Shown: positions 37,164-48,428 of the stretch, piece by piece
How positions within the stretch are numbered: the stretch's first letter is position 1
Layout of the letters: each line of letters starts with the position of its first letter
Source of the DNA: an uncultured Acidobacteriota bacterium
GTDB lineage: Bacteria > Acidobacteriota > Thermoanaerobaculia > Multivoradales > UBA5704
Reading direction: 5' to 3'
Assembly (NCBI GenBank): GCA_963700145.1
Contig: OY969474.1
Location: forward strand, 2,304,001 to 2,368,000
DNA: 64,000 nt
Position numbers and translations under genes: made by a program
Notes under the pieces: generated by a model
What the model was told of the DNA's origin: nothing
Databases searched by the model: none
What the model saw: the letters and a program-made list of their open reading frames with translations, nothing else

Positions 37164-37648
37164 TCAAGCCAGACCGCTGGATCCGCGAGTGGGCGCGCGG
37201 CGGCGGCGTGGACCCCTTCGAGGAGGGGCAGGTCAACGCCGCGAGCTACGACGTGCGGGTCTCCGACCACTGGATCTGCCCCACCCGCGAGCCCGAGGAG
37301 TTCAGCGCCCCGCACATCAAGCTCTTCCCCGGCGAGGTGGTCCTCGCCTCGACCATCGAGTACGTCCGCATCCCGCGCACGGTCGCCTGCGACCTGAAGC
37401 TCAAGTCCACCCTGGGCCGGGTCTGGATCAACCACTCCCTGGCCGGCTGGTGCGACCCCGGCTTCGAAGGCAACATCACCCTCGAGCTCCAGAACCTGGG
37501 CCCCGAGCCCTTCGTCCTCGAAGCCGGCCGCCGCATCGCCCAGCTCATCTTCGTCGCGATGGAGTCCGAGCCCGAGATCGCCTACGGCGACCCCGGCTCC
37601 TCCAGCCACTACCAGGGGCAGAAAGGGACGACGAAGGCGCGAGGATAG
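37160..37648 (+). CDS. dcd: dCTP deaminase
   Basis: [33 protein letters not shown] and YQGQ motifs. Confidence 0.92.
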   Translation: MIKPDRWIREWARGGGVDPFEEGQVNAASYDVRVSDHWICPTREPEEFSAPHIKLFPGEVVLASTIEYVRIPRTVACDLKLKSTLGRVWINHSLAGWCDPGFEGNITLELQNLGPEPFVLEAGRRIAQLIFVAMESEPEIAYGDPGSSSHYQGQKGTTKARG

Positions 37649-37664
37649 CGCTCCGAGGACGAAC

Positions 37665-37865
37665 TCAATCCTCTTCGAAGCGGGCGATGAGCTCGCGCAC
37701 GACCGGCACGAGCTTGACGGGAACTTCCATCAGCGTCTCAGTCGGCCGCGAGAGCGTTTCCTCGTGCTCGATGGCGGCTTCTTCATCGCTCTGGTTCTCG
37801 TAGTAGTCGAGAACCTCACGGACTCTCTTCTCGTCCCAGCCGGCAGGAAGTTGGTCTGCTCTCAC
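37665..37865 (-). CDS. Small acidic antitoxin-like protein (orphan)
   Basis: LPAGWDEKRVREVLDYYENQSDEEA...MEVPVKLVPVVRELIA, a family I recall following a small BrnT-like toxin (not checked); lower GC than its neighbours. Confidence 0.7.
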   Translation of the reverse strand: MRADQLPAGWDEKRVREVLDYYENQSDEEAAIEHEETLSRPTETLMEVPVKLVPVVRELIARFEED

Positions 37866-37891
37866 TTGCGTCTCCTACGGCGGCGGCACGA

Positions 37892-38167
37892 TCACCGGCG
37901 GTCTTCGAGCACGATCTCGGCCGCGCGATTCCCCTTCAGCCGCGGCGGGCGTTTCGCGCCGCGCGGCTTCCCTCCGCTCCAGCTCGCGCGGCCCGCCGCC
38001 ACGAGTTCCCCGGCCGCGCGCGCCGGCGCGCCCTGCTCGAAGGGTGCGAGAAGAGCGACCGGCCGGCCACGATCGGTGATGACGATCCGCTCCCCTTCAC
38101 CGACGCGGCGGAGGTACTTGCTCAATCCGTCCCTTAAGACTTTGACTCCGACCTGCGTCATGCCCAT
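37892..38167 (-). CDS. Phd/YefM-family antitoxin (orphan)
   Basis: VGVKVLRDGLSKYLRRVGEGERIVITDRGRPVALL...IVLEDRR. Confidence 0.88.
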   Translation of the reverse strand: MGMTQVGVKVLRDGLSKYLRRVGEGERIVITDRGRPVALLAPFEQGAPARAAGELVAAGRASWSGGKPRGAKRPPRLKGNRAAEIVLEDRR

Positions 38168-38182
38168 TCCCGTGGCCGGCGC

Positions 38183-39070
38183 TCAGCTCCCGAGCTGGAA
38201 GGGCGGGACGAAGCCCGCGACGTTCTTGATCAGGATGGCCGGGCGGCCGCTGTCGGCGGCGTCGGGGATGTTGAGGCAGGTGCCGTCGTCGTTCATCTGC
38301 GAGCGCTTGGTGAAGCCGACCGGCGGGCCGGTGGTGTCCGGGATGTAGGCGTTGCCGCCCTTGAGCGCGGCGATGACGAGCAGGTTGTTGAACGCGGCCG
38401 GCGCCGTGATGAAGGGGCCGGTGGTGCAGGTGTCGTCGGTGAAGTAGAGGTCGCCCACCCGCCCGAACAGGCGCGGCCGCTCGACGCCGAGCGAGAAGAG
38501 GACGCCCTCCTCGTCGATCAGCACGTCCGCCGGGTAGAGGAACTCGCCGACGAGCTGCGGCGTGGGGAGGGTGTTGTCGTAGACCAGGCGGACCGCGCTC
38601 GGCCCCGGCGGTCCCTCGGGCCCCTCGGGTCCGGGCGGACCCGGCGGGCCGGGAGGACCGGGCGGCCCCGGCGCGCCGTCCGCCCCGTCGGCGCCGGGTG
38701 GCCCGGCGGGGCCCTGCGTGCCGAGCGTGACGTCGATGGCGTAGATCTGGGTCGCGGCCGGGCCGGAGCTGACGAGGAGCACGTAGGTCCCCGGGTCCGT
38801 CGTTGCGAGCTGCGCCGAGATCGTCGAGTCGGTCGAGGCGAGGACCGCCAGCTCGGTGAAGCTCCCCCCCGGGCCGCCCAGGAAGACCTGCGGATCCGCG
38901 CCGAAGTGCTTCCCCTCGATCGCCAGCGTGGCGGTCCCGAGGTCGGCCACGACCTGGGTGACGACGAGCTGCGGCGGCGGGTTGCCCCCGCGGTCGGCGC
39001 CCGCCGGCGCGGCGAAGGCGAGGCACAGCACGAGAGCGGCGCAAACGGTCCAGCTCAGCTTCCTGGCCAT
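38183..39070 (-). CDS. Secreted protein with collagen-like (Gly-X-Y)14 segment
   Basis: ATG at 39070 after an AAGGAGG RBS. Signal peptide, Ig/IPT-like domain (IEGKHFG...GTYVLLV), GXY run at 38597-38722. Confidence 0.85.
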   Translation of the reverse strand: MARKLSWTVCAALVLCLAFAAPAGADRGGNPPPQLVVTQVVADLGTATLAIEGKHFGADPQVFLGGPGGSFTELAVLASTDSTISAQLATTDPGTYVLLVSSGPAATQIYAIDVTLGTQGPAGPPGADGADGAPGPPGPPGPPGPPGPEGPEGPPGPSAVRLVYDNTLPTPQLVGEFLYPADVLIDEEGVLFSLGVERPRLFGRVGDLYFTDDTCTTGPFITAPAAFNNLLVIAALKGGNAYIPDTTGPPVGFTKRSQMNDDGTCLNIPDAADSGRPAILIKNVAGFVPPFQLGS

Positions 39071-39165
39071 GGCGGCCTCCTTCCTCCAGTCGAATCGTGG
39101 GGCGCTGCCGGAGACTGTGGCATGCGGGTCAGAAGGGGTCAACAGGGCGGAGGGGAAGCGCGCGG

Positions 39166-40395
39166 TCAGCGCCGCAGCCGCGCGTCGAGGAGGAGGAACG
39201 CCGCGCAGAGGAGCGCGCCGGCGGCGGCCGTGCCGGTCCACACCGCGCGCGGCCCGAGGTGCTGGTAGACCCAGGTGCCGACGATCGGCGCCACCGTGAA
39301 GGCGACGGCGAAGGAGAGGGTGAAGAGGCCCATGTAGCGCCCCTCGGCGCGGCCGGCGGCGCGCGTCGCTACCCACCCCTGGAGCATCGGGAAACTCAGC
39401 ATCTCCCCGAGCGTCCAGATCGGCACCGTCGCCGCCACGAAGGCGAAGCCCGAGCCGTAGGGCAGGAGGCCGAAGCCGACGCCGACGAAGAGCGCCCCCA
39501 GCGCCGCGACGCGCAGCGGCGGCCGGTCGCGCAGCCCGTGCACCAGGAGCATCTCGAGGCAGACGATGATCAGCGTGTTGATCCCGAGCGGCAGCCCGAC
39601 CTGCGCCTCCGAGAAGCCGTGGACGTCGCGCAGGGTCAACGGGTAGGTGGAGAGGATCTGGAAGAAGACGATCGAGAGGAGCAGCGTCAGCCCCACCACC
39701 GCCAGGAACTCGCCGTCGCGCCAGGGCGAGGCCTCGCCGCCGGTGCGCCGCTCGGCCGCCGCCGCCGGCGCCCCGCCGCGCACGCGGAAGGCCGCCCAGA
39801 GCAGCAGCGCCGCCGCCAGGCACGTGCCGCCGTCGGCCAAGAAGAGCCAGCGGTAGCTGTGGACGGCGAGGAACCCCGCCGCCACCGGGCCGATCATCAT
39901 CCCCAGGTTGGTGGCCAGCCGGATGAGCGCGTAGGAGCGCGTGAGCACCGCGGCCGGCGCGGCGCGCACCATCGCCGAGGCCACCGCCGGCCGGAACCCT
40001 TCGCCGACGACGCTGAGCAGGAAGACGCCGGCGGCGATCGCCGGCTTGGCGCGCAGCTCGCCGAGCACCAGGAAGCCGAGCCCGCCGAGCACCAGGCTCC
40101 CGCCCATGACGCGCTTCGCCTCGAGCCGGTCGCAGAGCCAGCCGCCTAAGTAGGCGCCGGCGATGGCGCCGAGTCCGTAGAGCCCCATCACCCCGCCGGC
40201 GCCCGCCGGCGTGAACCCCCGCCGCTCGGTCAGGTAGAGGGCGAGGAACGGCAGCACCATCGTGCCGCTGCGGTTGACCAGGGTGACCGTGGCGAGGAGC
40301 CAGACGGCGCGCGGCAGCCCGGAGAAGGCGGCGCGGTAGGCCCCCGCCACCGAGCGGAACGGCAGCGCCACCGTCCGCGCCAGCGGCAGGCTCAC
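39166..40395 (-). CDS. MFS transporter
   Basis: [18 protein letters not shown] and GGWLCDRL motifs, about 12 TM segments; GTGA coupling to mpg. Confidence 0.92.
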   Translation of the reverse strand: MSLPLARTVALPFRSVAGAYRAAFSGLPRAVWLLATVTLVNRSGTMVLPFLALYLTERRGFTPAGAGGVMGLYGLGAIAGAYLGGWLCDRLEAKRVMGGSLVLGGLGFLVLGELRAKPAIAAGVFLLSVVGEGFRPAVASAMVRAAPAAVLTRSYALIRLATNLGMMIGPVAAGFLAVHSYRWLFLADGGTCLAAALLLWAAFRVRGGAPAAAAERRTGGEASPWRDGEFLAVVGLTLLLSIVFFQILSTYPLTLRDVHGFSEAQVGLPLGINTLIIVCLEMLLVHGLRDRPPLRVAALGALFVGVGFGLLPYGSGFAFVAATVPIWTLGEMLSFPMLQGWVATRAAGRAEGRYMGLFTLSFAVAFTVAPIVGTWVYQHLGPRAVWTGTAAAGALLCAAFLLLDARLRR

Positions 40396-41084
40396 GGCGT
40401 CTCCGCGTTCCCGCGCCGCGGCGCCCGCGGCCAGGGGTGGGGGCGCGAGACGTGCTGGTTGCCACGAATGGCGAAGCGGAGCGGCCAGGCGGCCGCCTCG
40501 CCGGAGTAGTCGACGCCGATGCGCGGGCCGACCGCGACCTCGGCGTCCGCCACCGGCTCGCCGGCGGCGATCCAGAGGGGCGGCCGGCCGAGCGGCGCGC
40601 CGTCCAGCGCGCGGTCGATGGCGAGCGCCTGGCAGAGGCGGCCCGGTCCGCCCGCGAGGTCGCCGGGGCGCGGCGCCCGCGCCAGGCCGCGCAGCGCGCG
40701 CATGCGCTCCTCCCCCGCCACCGGCTCGCCGCCGCGGATCAGCACCGCGCTCCCCACCCCCGCCTCGCCGGTCACCGCGTTCAGGCACCAGTACATGCCG
40801 TAGATGAAGTAGACGTAGGCGAAGCCGCCGGCGCGGTAGAGGCTCTCGTTGCGCGGCGTCCGCCGCCCGCCGAAGGCATGGCTGGCGCGGTCGGGGGCGC
40901 CGAGGTAGGCCTCGGTCTCGACCAGCCGCAGCACCAGCCGCTCGCCGTCCAGCTCGCGCACCAGGTGCCGCCCGAGCAGGTCGCGCGCCACCTCCTCGGC
41001 CGGGCGGCGGTAGAAGGCGGCCGGCAGCGGGCGGAGGCGCGGGCGGCGCGCGGGCGCTGGCGACACGGGGCGCGACGATAGCAA
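40392..41084 (-). CDS. mpg: 3-methyladenine DNA glycosylase (AAG/MPG)
   Basis: [40 protein letters not shown] and GPRIGV motifs. Start may be GTG at 41066. Confidence 0.94.
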   Translation of the reverse strand: MLSSRPVSPAPARRPRLRPLPAAFYRRPAEEVARDLLGRHLVRELDGERLVLRLVETEAYLGAPDRASHAFGGRRTPRNESLYRAGGFAYVYFIYGMYWCLNAVTGEAGVGSAVLIRGGEPVAGEERMRALRGLARAPRPGDLAGGPGRLCQALAIDRALDGAPLGRPPLWIAAGEPVADAEVAVGPRIGVDYSGEAAAWPLRFAIRGNQHVSRPHPWPRAPRRGNAETP

Positions 41085-41100
41085 GCGCTACAATCCTCCG

Positions 41101-41817
41101 GTGCCCGAGCCCGCCGCGCTGACCGCCGCCGCGCCGCCCTTCCCGACTCTCTTCGCCGAGCTGCCCGCGCCGCTCGCGGCGCGCTTCGATCCGGCGGCGC
41201 CGTGGGCGCTGCTCGGCGAGCCGCTCGACGCCCTCTTCGCGGCGCTGCCGGACGACGACGTCCAGGTCCGGCTGCCGCCGGACGTCCACCTCGCCGGCAA
41301 CAAGATCGTCATCGAGCGCGGCGTGCGCCTCCATCCCGGCGCGGTGATCGAGGGGCCGGTCTTCATCGGCCGCGGCACCGAGGTCCGGCCCGGCGCCTAC
41401 GTCCGCGGCGGCGTCTGGATCGGCGAGGACTGCGTCGTCGGCGCCAACGTCGAGATCAAGCACGCCATCCTCCTCGCCCACGCCAAGGTACCGCACCTCT
41501 CCTACGTCGGCGACTCGGTGCTCGGCGCCGGCGTCAACCTCGGGGCCGGCACCGTCCTCTCGAACTTCCGCCACGACGGCGGCGAGATCCGCATCCCCCT
41601 GCCCGGCGGCGGGTCGCTCCCGACCGGCCGGCGGAAGCTCGGCGCGGTGCTCGGCGACGGCGTCCTGACCGGCTGCAACTGCGTCCTCCACCCGGGGTGC
41701 GTCGTCGGGCGCGGGACGCAGATCTACCCGGGCGTGCAGCTCCGCCCCGGCCTCTACCCGGAGCGCAGCATCGTCAAGCTCCGCCAGGAGCTGGAGGTGG
41801 TGCCGCTCTCGACTTGA
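41101..41817 (+). CDS. Hexapeptide-repeat acyltransferase (GlmU C-terminal-like)
   Basis: IEGPVFIG, GAYVRG, PHLSYVGDSVLG, NLGAGT and RKLGAVLGD motifs; lacks a pyrophosphorylase domain. Confidence 0.87.
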   Translation: MPEPAALTAAAPPFPTLFAELPAPLAARFDPAAPWALLGEPLDALFAALPDDDVQVRLPPDVHLAGNKIVIERGVRLHPGAVIEGPVFIGRGTEVRPGAYVRGGVWIGEDCVVGANVEIKHAILLAHAKVPHLSYVGDSVLGAGVNLGAGTVLSNFRHDGGEIRIPLPGGGSLPTGRRKLGAVLGDGVLTGCNCVLHPGCVVGRGTQIYPGVQLRPGLYPERSIVKLRQELEVVPLST

Positions 41818-44040
41818 TGAGCGAGCCCCGCCAGCCCCGCCTGCCCGGGGCGCCCGGACCCGAGCCCGACACCGCTCTCCTCGAAGGGGTCCTCGAGCGG
41901 ATCGTCTTCGCCAACCCCGAGAGCGCCTGGAGCGTCGTGCGGCTGGCGGTGCCGGACGAGCGCGAGCTGGTCACCGCGGTCGGCAACCTCCTCGCCGTGC
42001 AGCCCGGCGAAAGCCTGCGGCTGACCGGCCGCTGGGAGCAGGACGCCCGCCACGGCCGGCAGTTCCGCGTCAGCTCCTACCAGACCGTCACTCCCGCGAC
42101 CGTCGTCGGGATCGAGCGCTACCTCGGCTCGGGGCTGGTGCGCGGCATCGGCAAGGGGCTCGCCAAGCGCCTGGTCGCGCGCTTCGGCATGGAAACCCTG
42201 GCGGTCATCGAGACCAGCCCCGAGCGGCTTGCCGAGGTGCCGGGGATCGGCCGGAAGCGCAGCGGCGAGATCCGGCGCGCCTTCCGCGAGCAGCGCGGCA
42301 TCCAGGAGCTGATGGTGTTCCTGCAGTCGCACGGCGTCGCCACCGGCCTGGCGGTCAAGATCCACAAGCGCTACGGCGAGGAGGCGATGGCGGTGGTGCG
42401 CGAGAGCCCCTTCCGCCTGGCGGTCGAGGTCTTCGGCATCGGCTTCCGCAGCGCCGACCGGATCGCCGCGGCGCTGGGGCTGCCGAAGGACGCGCCGCAG
42501 CGGGTCGAGGCCGCCCTCCTCCACCTCCTGGGCGAGGCGGCCGAGCGCGGCCACTGCTTCCTGCCGCGGGCGTCTCTCCTGGAGGAAGCCGTGACGCTCC
42601 TCGGCGTCGAGCCGGGGCGGGTCGAGGCGGGGCTCGCGACGCTCGCCGCCGCCGGCGAGGCGATCGTCGAGCCGCTGGCGGACGGCACGGCGGCGGTCTA
42701 TCTCCCGACCCTCTACACCGCCGAGCGCGAGATCGCCGAGCGCGTCGCCGCCCTCGCCGCCACGCCGGCGCCGCCCCTGGCGCTCGACGTCGAGCGCGCC
42801 CTCGCCTGGCTCGAGCAGCGCGAGAAGGTCGCCCTCGCCCCCGAGCAGCGCGAGGCGATTCGGCTCGGGCTGACGCGCAAGGTGCTGGTCGTGACCGGCG
42901 GCCCGGGGACCGGCAAGACGACGCTGGTGCGCGGCATCGTCGAGGTGCTGGAGCGCAAGGGGCTGCGCGTCCTCCTCGCCGCCCCCACCGGCCGCGCCGC
43001 CAAGCGGCTGGCCGAGGCGACCGGCCACGAGGCCGCCACCCTCCACCGCCTGCTCGAGTGGAACGCCCGGAGCCGCGGCTTCGAGCGCCACCGCGAGCGC
43101 CCGCTCGACGGCGACCTCGTCGATCGTCGACGAGGCTTCGATGCTCGACGCGCCGCTCGCCGCCCACCTCCTGCGCGCGCTGCCGGACGCCGCGCGGCTG
43201 GTTCTCGTGGGCGACGTCGATCAGCTCCCGTCGGTCGGCCCCGGCCGGGTGCTCGCCGACCTCATCCGCTCGGGCGCCGTCGAGGTGGCGCGCCTGCAGA
43301 CGATCTTCCGCCAGGCGGAGCGCAGCCTCATCGTCACCAACGCCCACCGCGTGCGGCAGGGCGAGATGCCGCTCCTCGAACCGCTCGCCGGCGACCGCGG
43401 CGAGGCCGACTTCTTCTTCGTCGAGAAGGAGACGCCGGAGGAGGTGCTGGAGGCCCTACGCGAGCTCCTCGTCCGCCGCATCCCGCAGCGCTTCGGCTTC
43501 GATCCGGTCGAGGAGGTGCAGGTGCTGACGCCGATGAACCGCGGCCTGCTCGGCACGGCGAGCCTGAACGGCGTGCTGCGCGAGCTGCTCAACCCGGCGC
43601 GCGGCGAGGCGGCGGGGCCGTCGCGCGGCGGCTTCCGCGCCGGCGACAAGGTGATGCAGGTGCGGAACAACTACGACCTGGAGGTCTTCAACGGCGACCT
43701 CGGGCGGGTGGCGGCGATCGACGAGGCCGAGCAGCGCGTGGTGGTGAGCTTCGACGGGCGGCGGGTCGCCTACGACCCCGCCGCCCTCGACGAGCTGGCG
43801 CTGGCCTACGCCTGCTCGATCCACAAGTCGCAGGGGAGCGAGTACCCCTGCGTCGTCGTGCCGCTGCACACCCAGCACTACGTCATGCTGCAGCGGAACC
43901 TCCTCTACACCGCCCTGACCCGCGCCCGCCGGCTGGCCGTCCTGGTCGGCGAGAAGCGGGCGTTGCGCGTCGCCGTCGGCAACGCCCGCACCCGCGCGCG
44001 GCACACCCGGCTCGCCGAGCGCGCCGCGGCCGCGGCTGCG
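41817..44040 (+). CDS. recD2: ATP-dependent RecD2-like helicase (frameshift near 43122; 3' end lost in poly-G block)
   Basis: [27 protein letters not shown], then IVDEASM after a one-base shift, [22 protein letters not shown] and RNLLYTA. Confidence 0.92.
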
Positions 44041-44420
44041 GGGGCGGGGGGGGGCGGGGGGGGGGGGGGCGGGGGGCGAGAGGGGGGCGGGGGGGGGGGA
44101 GGGGAGGCGGGGGGAGGAGGGGGGGGAGGGGAGGGGAGACGGGGAGGGGCGAGAGGAGAGGGGGGCGGGGGGGGAGCGCGGCGGGGGGGGGCGGGCGCGC
44201 GGGGCGCGGAGGGGAGGAGGGGGGGGGGGGGGGGGGGGGGGGGCGCGGGAGGCGGCGGGCGGGCGCGGCAGGGGGGGGGAGGGGGGGAGGGGGCGCGCAG
44301 GGCGGGGGAGCGGGCGGGGTCAGCGGGGGCGGGGGGAGGCGAGGAGGAAGGCGGGGGGGGCGGAGGCGCGGCGGGGGAGGGGGGCGCTCGGCGGGAGGCG
44401 GAGAGGCGAGAGCGCGGGGG
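44038..44420. other. Extreme poly-G low-complexity block, probable sequencing/consensus artefact
   Basis: About 380 bp of almost only G with sparse A/C, including a run of about 25 G. It replaces the stop codons of both convergent genes. Confidence 0.7.
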
Positions 44421-46136
44421 GGCGGGCGGCGCAGCGCGCGCGGCCGCAGCGCCTCCCGGAGCAGGGGCTCGGCGCGGTCGTTTTCGCCCCGGTCGCTGTA
44501 GACGCGGCCGAGCTCCACGAGGGTCACGGCGACGTCCGGGTGCTCCTCGCCGAGCAGCCGGCGCGCTGGCGAGCGCCTCCTCCAGCAGCGGCGCCGCGGC
44601 GGCGTAGTCCCCCTTCGTCCGAGCAGCGCGCCGAGGTCGTTGAGGCTCTGGGCCACCCGCGCGTGCTCGGGACGGCGATCCGGCGGCCGAGGGAAGCGCC
44701 CGCTCGAGGAGCGGCTGCGCGCGGTCGTGCCCCAGCCGCTGGTACACCCGGCCGATCACCGTCAGCACTCGGCCTGGAGCTCGGGCTGGTCGGCGAGCTC
44801 GGTGCGGACGCGCTCGGCGCCGGCGTCGAGCACGCCGCGCACGGTGGGCTCCCGCGTCTCGCTGCCGAGGGATCGGCGCGGCAGGAGGTCGGCCAGGAGC
44901 TCGCTCACCTTCGCCGCCTTCCGCCTCGAGTCGCGCCCGGTCCCGCTCGGCCGGAGGCGGCGGGAGAAGCGACCAGCCGGCGAGGAGCAGGGTCACCGCG
45001 GCGGCCGTGGCCACGCCCGCCGCGTGCCGCCGCACGAACTTGGGGCGCGGTAGGCGAACGAGTCCGGCCGGGCGCCGATCGGCTGGTGGTCGAGGTAGCG
45101 CCGCACGTCGTCCGCGAGGGCAGTGACCGAGACGTAGCGATCCGCCGGACGCTTCTTGAGCGTCTGGCGACGATCGTCTCGAGGTCGCCGCGCAGCAGCC
45201 GGCGGGCGCGGGGATCGGAGACGGCTTCGGAGAGGCGCTGCGGCTCGGTGTCGACGAGCGCCCGCAGCAGCTCGGCCGGCGAGCGCTCCGCCGGCGCGGT
45301 CGGATGCCGCCCGGTGAGCAGCAGGTAGAGCAGGGGCCCAGGGCGTAGACGTCGGTGGCGGTGGTGATCGGCCCGCCGGTCACCGTCGGGAGCGGCGTAC
45401 TCGGGGGGAGGCCCGGCCGGCCTCGCGGGTGAGCGCGTCGGCGCGGGACGTGTCCGCCCGAGCAGCTTGGCGATGCCGAAGTCGAGGAGCTCACCGCGCC
45501 GGCGGTCGAGACCAGCACGTTCGAGGGCTTGATGTCCCGGTGCACGATGAGGTTGGCGTGCGCTGGGCGACGGCGGCCAGCACGTCCAGGAAGAGACGCA
45601 GGCGCGCTCGACGCTCAGCTCCCGGGCGTCGCAGTAGCGGTCGATGTGCCGCCCTCGACGTGCTCGAGCACGAGATAGGGCTGGCCGTTCGCCGACAGGC
45701 CGGCGTCGAGGAGGCGCGCGATGTGAGGATGGGCGAGCCGCGCCAGGATGCTGCCTTCGCGCCGGAAGCGCTCCGCGCTGGCCAGGCCGACCAGCTCGGC
45801 GTTGAGCAGCTTGACCGCCGCCGAGCCCTCGAAGCGGCCGTCGCTGCGCCGCGCCAGCCAGACGCGCCCATGCCGCCGGCCGATCGGCGAGACGAGGGTC
45901 CAGGCACCGACCGTCTGACCGGCAAGGGAGGCGAAGAGCGGCGGAGTCGGCCCGCCGCCTTCGAGGAAGCGCTCGCGGCCGACCGCGTTCGCCTCGTCGA
46001 GCAGCGTCTCCAGCTCGGCGGCGAGGGCGGGCTCGTCGGCGCGCAGGACGCCGAGCCACGCGGCGCGCTCGTCGCCGCTCATCTCCAGCGCCCGGTCGAG
46101 AAGCGGGCTGAGGGCCTGCCAATGGTCCCTGTTCAT
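44420..46136 (-). pseudogene. Ser/Thr protein kinase with TM and TPR repeats, multiply frameshifted
   Basis: Pieces lie in alternating frames: MNRDHWQALSPLLDRAL, VWLARRSDGRFEGSAAVK, HPHIARLLDAG, HRDIKPSNVLV, LLDFGIAKLL, TDVYALG, AQSLNDLG and LGEEHPDVA. Confidence 0.85.
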
Positions 46137-46692
46137 TCCAGCTTCGCGTCCCGCAGCGAGCGGTGGCGGTAGATGCGCGCCTTGTCCCACTGCCGCTGCA
46201 CGGTGCGCTCCGTCACGCGCTGCACTCGGCGATCTCGAGGAGGCTGCAGCCGCAGAAGAACTTGAGATCGACGACCGCGCCAGCACCGGCTCGACGGCGG
46301 CCAGCTCGTCGAGGGCGTCGCTCAAGCGGGTCAGCTCCTCGCCGTCGGCCGCCGATCGACGGCGTCGCTGGTCAAGGAGGTGAACTCGAAGCCGCCGCCG
46401 CGCTCTGCGCCTGGCGGCGCCGCGCGTAGTCGAGACCAGGCCGCGCATGACCCGCGCCGCGTAGGCCAGAACCGGCCGCGGTCGGGGAAGGCCACGCGCT
46501 CGCGGCGGGAGAGTCGAGATAGGCCTCGTGCAGCAGGCTCGTCGCGCCAAGAGTCGCCGCCGGCCCGCCGTGAGCCAGCTGGTGTCTCGCCAGCCGGTGC
46601 AGCTCCGAGTACAGGGCGGCGAAGAGCGCATCCGGGGCGGACGAGTCGCCGGCCTCGGCGGCGGTGAGGAGCGACGAGAGGCTCGTTTCCAC
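46133..46692 (-). pseudogene. ECF sigma factor (TIGR02999 kinase-associated type), multiply frameshifted
   Basis: LYSELHRLARHQL...TLGATSLLHEAYL, YAARVMRGLV, LSDALDELA; stop overlaps the kinase ATG. Confidence 0.83.
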
Positions 46693-46769
46693 GCAAGGCC
46701 TCGACCAAGCGACGCGCAGGACACGCCTAGGCTACTGCCCTCGCGAACGCCGCGGCATGCGCCGAAACG

Positions 46770-46800
46770 AAAAGGGCGGCCCGGCTGGACCGCCCCTGTT
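46770..46800. terminator. Probable intrinsic terminator
   Basis: AAAA-GGGCGG-loop-CCGCCC hairpin just downstream of the 46822 gene; U-tract on the minus strand. Confidence 0.55.
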
Positions 46801-46821
46801 ACTTCGTTGTGCGGTCCGGCG

Positions 46822-48428
46822 TTACCGTCCAGGCTCCCCCTCCGGCCAGACCGGTTCGGCCGGCGGCAGCGCGGTCGTCCCCGGCGACGTGCCGTAGTCG
46901 GGGCCGTACTCCGGCTCCGGCTCCGGGGCCGGCGGCGGGGGCGGCGGCGCCACCCAGCGCCCCTCCCGCCGGCTCTGCGACCAGGCGAGGAGCGCGGCGC
47001 CGAGCCCGGTCGTCCAGGCCAGGTACTGGGCCAGGAAGCCGACCAGCATGGTGAAGCCGGCGATCGGCCCGAGGAAGCCGTCGATGATGCCGAGCAAGCG
47101 GCCGACGGTCCAGGCGAGCTGGATCAGCACCACGCCGCCGAACACCGCGAAGTAGGGATTGACGAAGGCGCGGCCGCCCCGTCCCTCGACCCAGCGGCCG
47201 AGCCGCAGCGCCACCCCGACGAAGCCCAGGAAGGCGGCGATCAGCAGCCCCAGGGCGATGAAGGGGTAGAGCAGGAAGAGCGGCCAGCCGATGACCGAGA
47301 CGAGCAGCACGATGGAGACCACCAGGGTGATCGGCAGGATCAGCAGCTGCACCAGGAAGCCCACCGCCGCCGAGCGCCAGGCGTCGGTCGCGACCTGCCG
47401 CTCGATCCGCTCGATCGGGCCGCGCGCCAGGAGCAGCGCCACCGCGCCGATCAAGGAGAGGAAGACGATCCAGACGATCGAACCCAGGAACTCCCCGAAC
47501 CCGCTGTCGTCGCCGCGGTCGTAGTCGGGATCGAAGTCCCAGCCGCGGTGCCAGCGGCGCCGGTCGCCGACCGACCAGAGGGAGACTTCGTTGACCTCGC
47601 CGTGGACCTCGGCGCCCTCGGCGCGGTCCACCCGGCCGCCGACGCTGGTGACGTTGTGCATGACCTCGGCGTTGGGGCCGAGCCGCACGCTGCCGCCGAC
47701 CGCCGTCACCTCGCCGCCCACCCGGCCGTTGATCGTCGCCGAGCCGCCGACCGCCACGACGTCGCCGCGCACCTCGCCGTCGACGCGCACCGAGCCCGCC
47801 ACGGCGACCGCCTCGGAGGCCACCTCGCCCTTCTCGACGACCACGTTCTGGGTGATGCTCACCCGCGAGCCGGAGCGCTGCTGCGGCAGGTCGGGGAAGT
47901 CCGGCGGCGCCGGGGGTTCCGGCACCGGACGGCGGCAGCGGCGGGAGGCCGGCGAGCGGCTCCTCCCCTTCGGGGACCTCGGTCGACTCGGGGAGCGCCT
48001 CGGCCGGCGCCGGCCGGGACGGCCGCCGCGCCGCCGTCGGCGGGGAGGCCGAAGAGCGCCCGCCGCTCGCGCGCGGGCAGGCGGTGGAGGCGGAGGATCG
48101 GCTCGGCCTCCTCGGCCAGCCAGGCGCGCAGCACCTCGGCCGAGAGGCGCTCGCCGTTGACCGCCAGCGTGTCGCCGGCGACCTCGATCGAGCGCACGCC
48201 CAGCCGCTCGACGCGCGGCTTGAGCAGCACGCCGTCGCGGATCGGCAGCACCTCGTATCGCTGCTCGACGGCGCGCCGCAGCTCGGCACGCTCGCCGGCC
48301 TGGGCGGCCGCGAATTGCGGCACGAGCGCCAGCGCGAGCAGCAGCAAGACCGGCAGCGCGGCATAGCCGCGGCCGGGGCGATGCGCCCGGCGCCGATCGT
48401 CGAACGACCTATCCGTGAACGTGGCCAT
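46822..48428 (-). CDS. Polymer-forming cytoskeletal (bactofilin-like repeat) membrane protein, two frameshifts near 48010 and 47927
   Basis: The N-terminus MATFTD...YEVLPIRDGVLL, the linker EALPESTEVPEG, and the (V/I)xGxVxGDVVAVGGS repeats plus about 5 TM segments lie in three successive frames. Confidence 0.75.

Noticed and set aside
38183-41691. Apparent long fusions in the ORF track (38183-40465, 39166-41691, also 2043-5426, 22912-25260, 34617-37163, 60126-63557)
   Set aside because: They are upstream run-ons through other genes' frames; true starts are defined by RBS or overlapping stop-start junctions.
44038-44607. Gly-rich extension of RecD2 / Pro-rich ORF on the minus strand
   Set aside because: These are translations of the poly-G block, which is most likely a consensus artefact.
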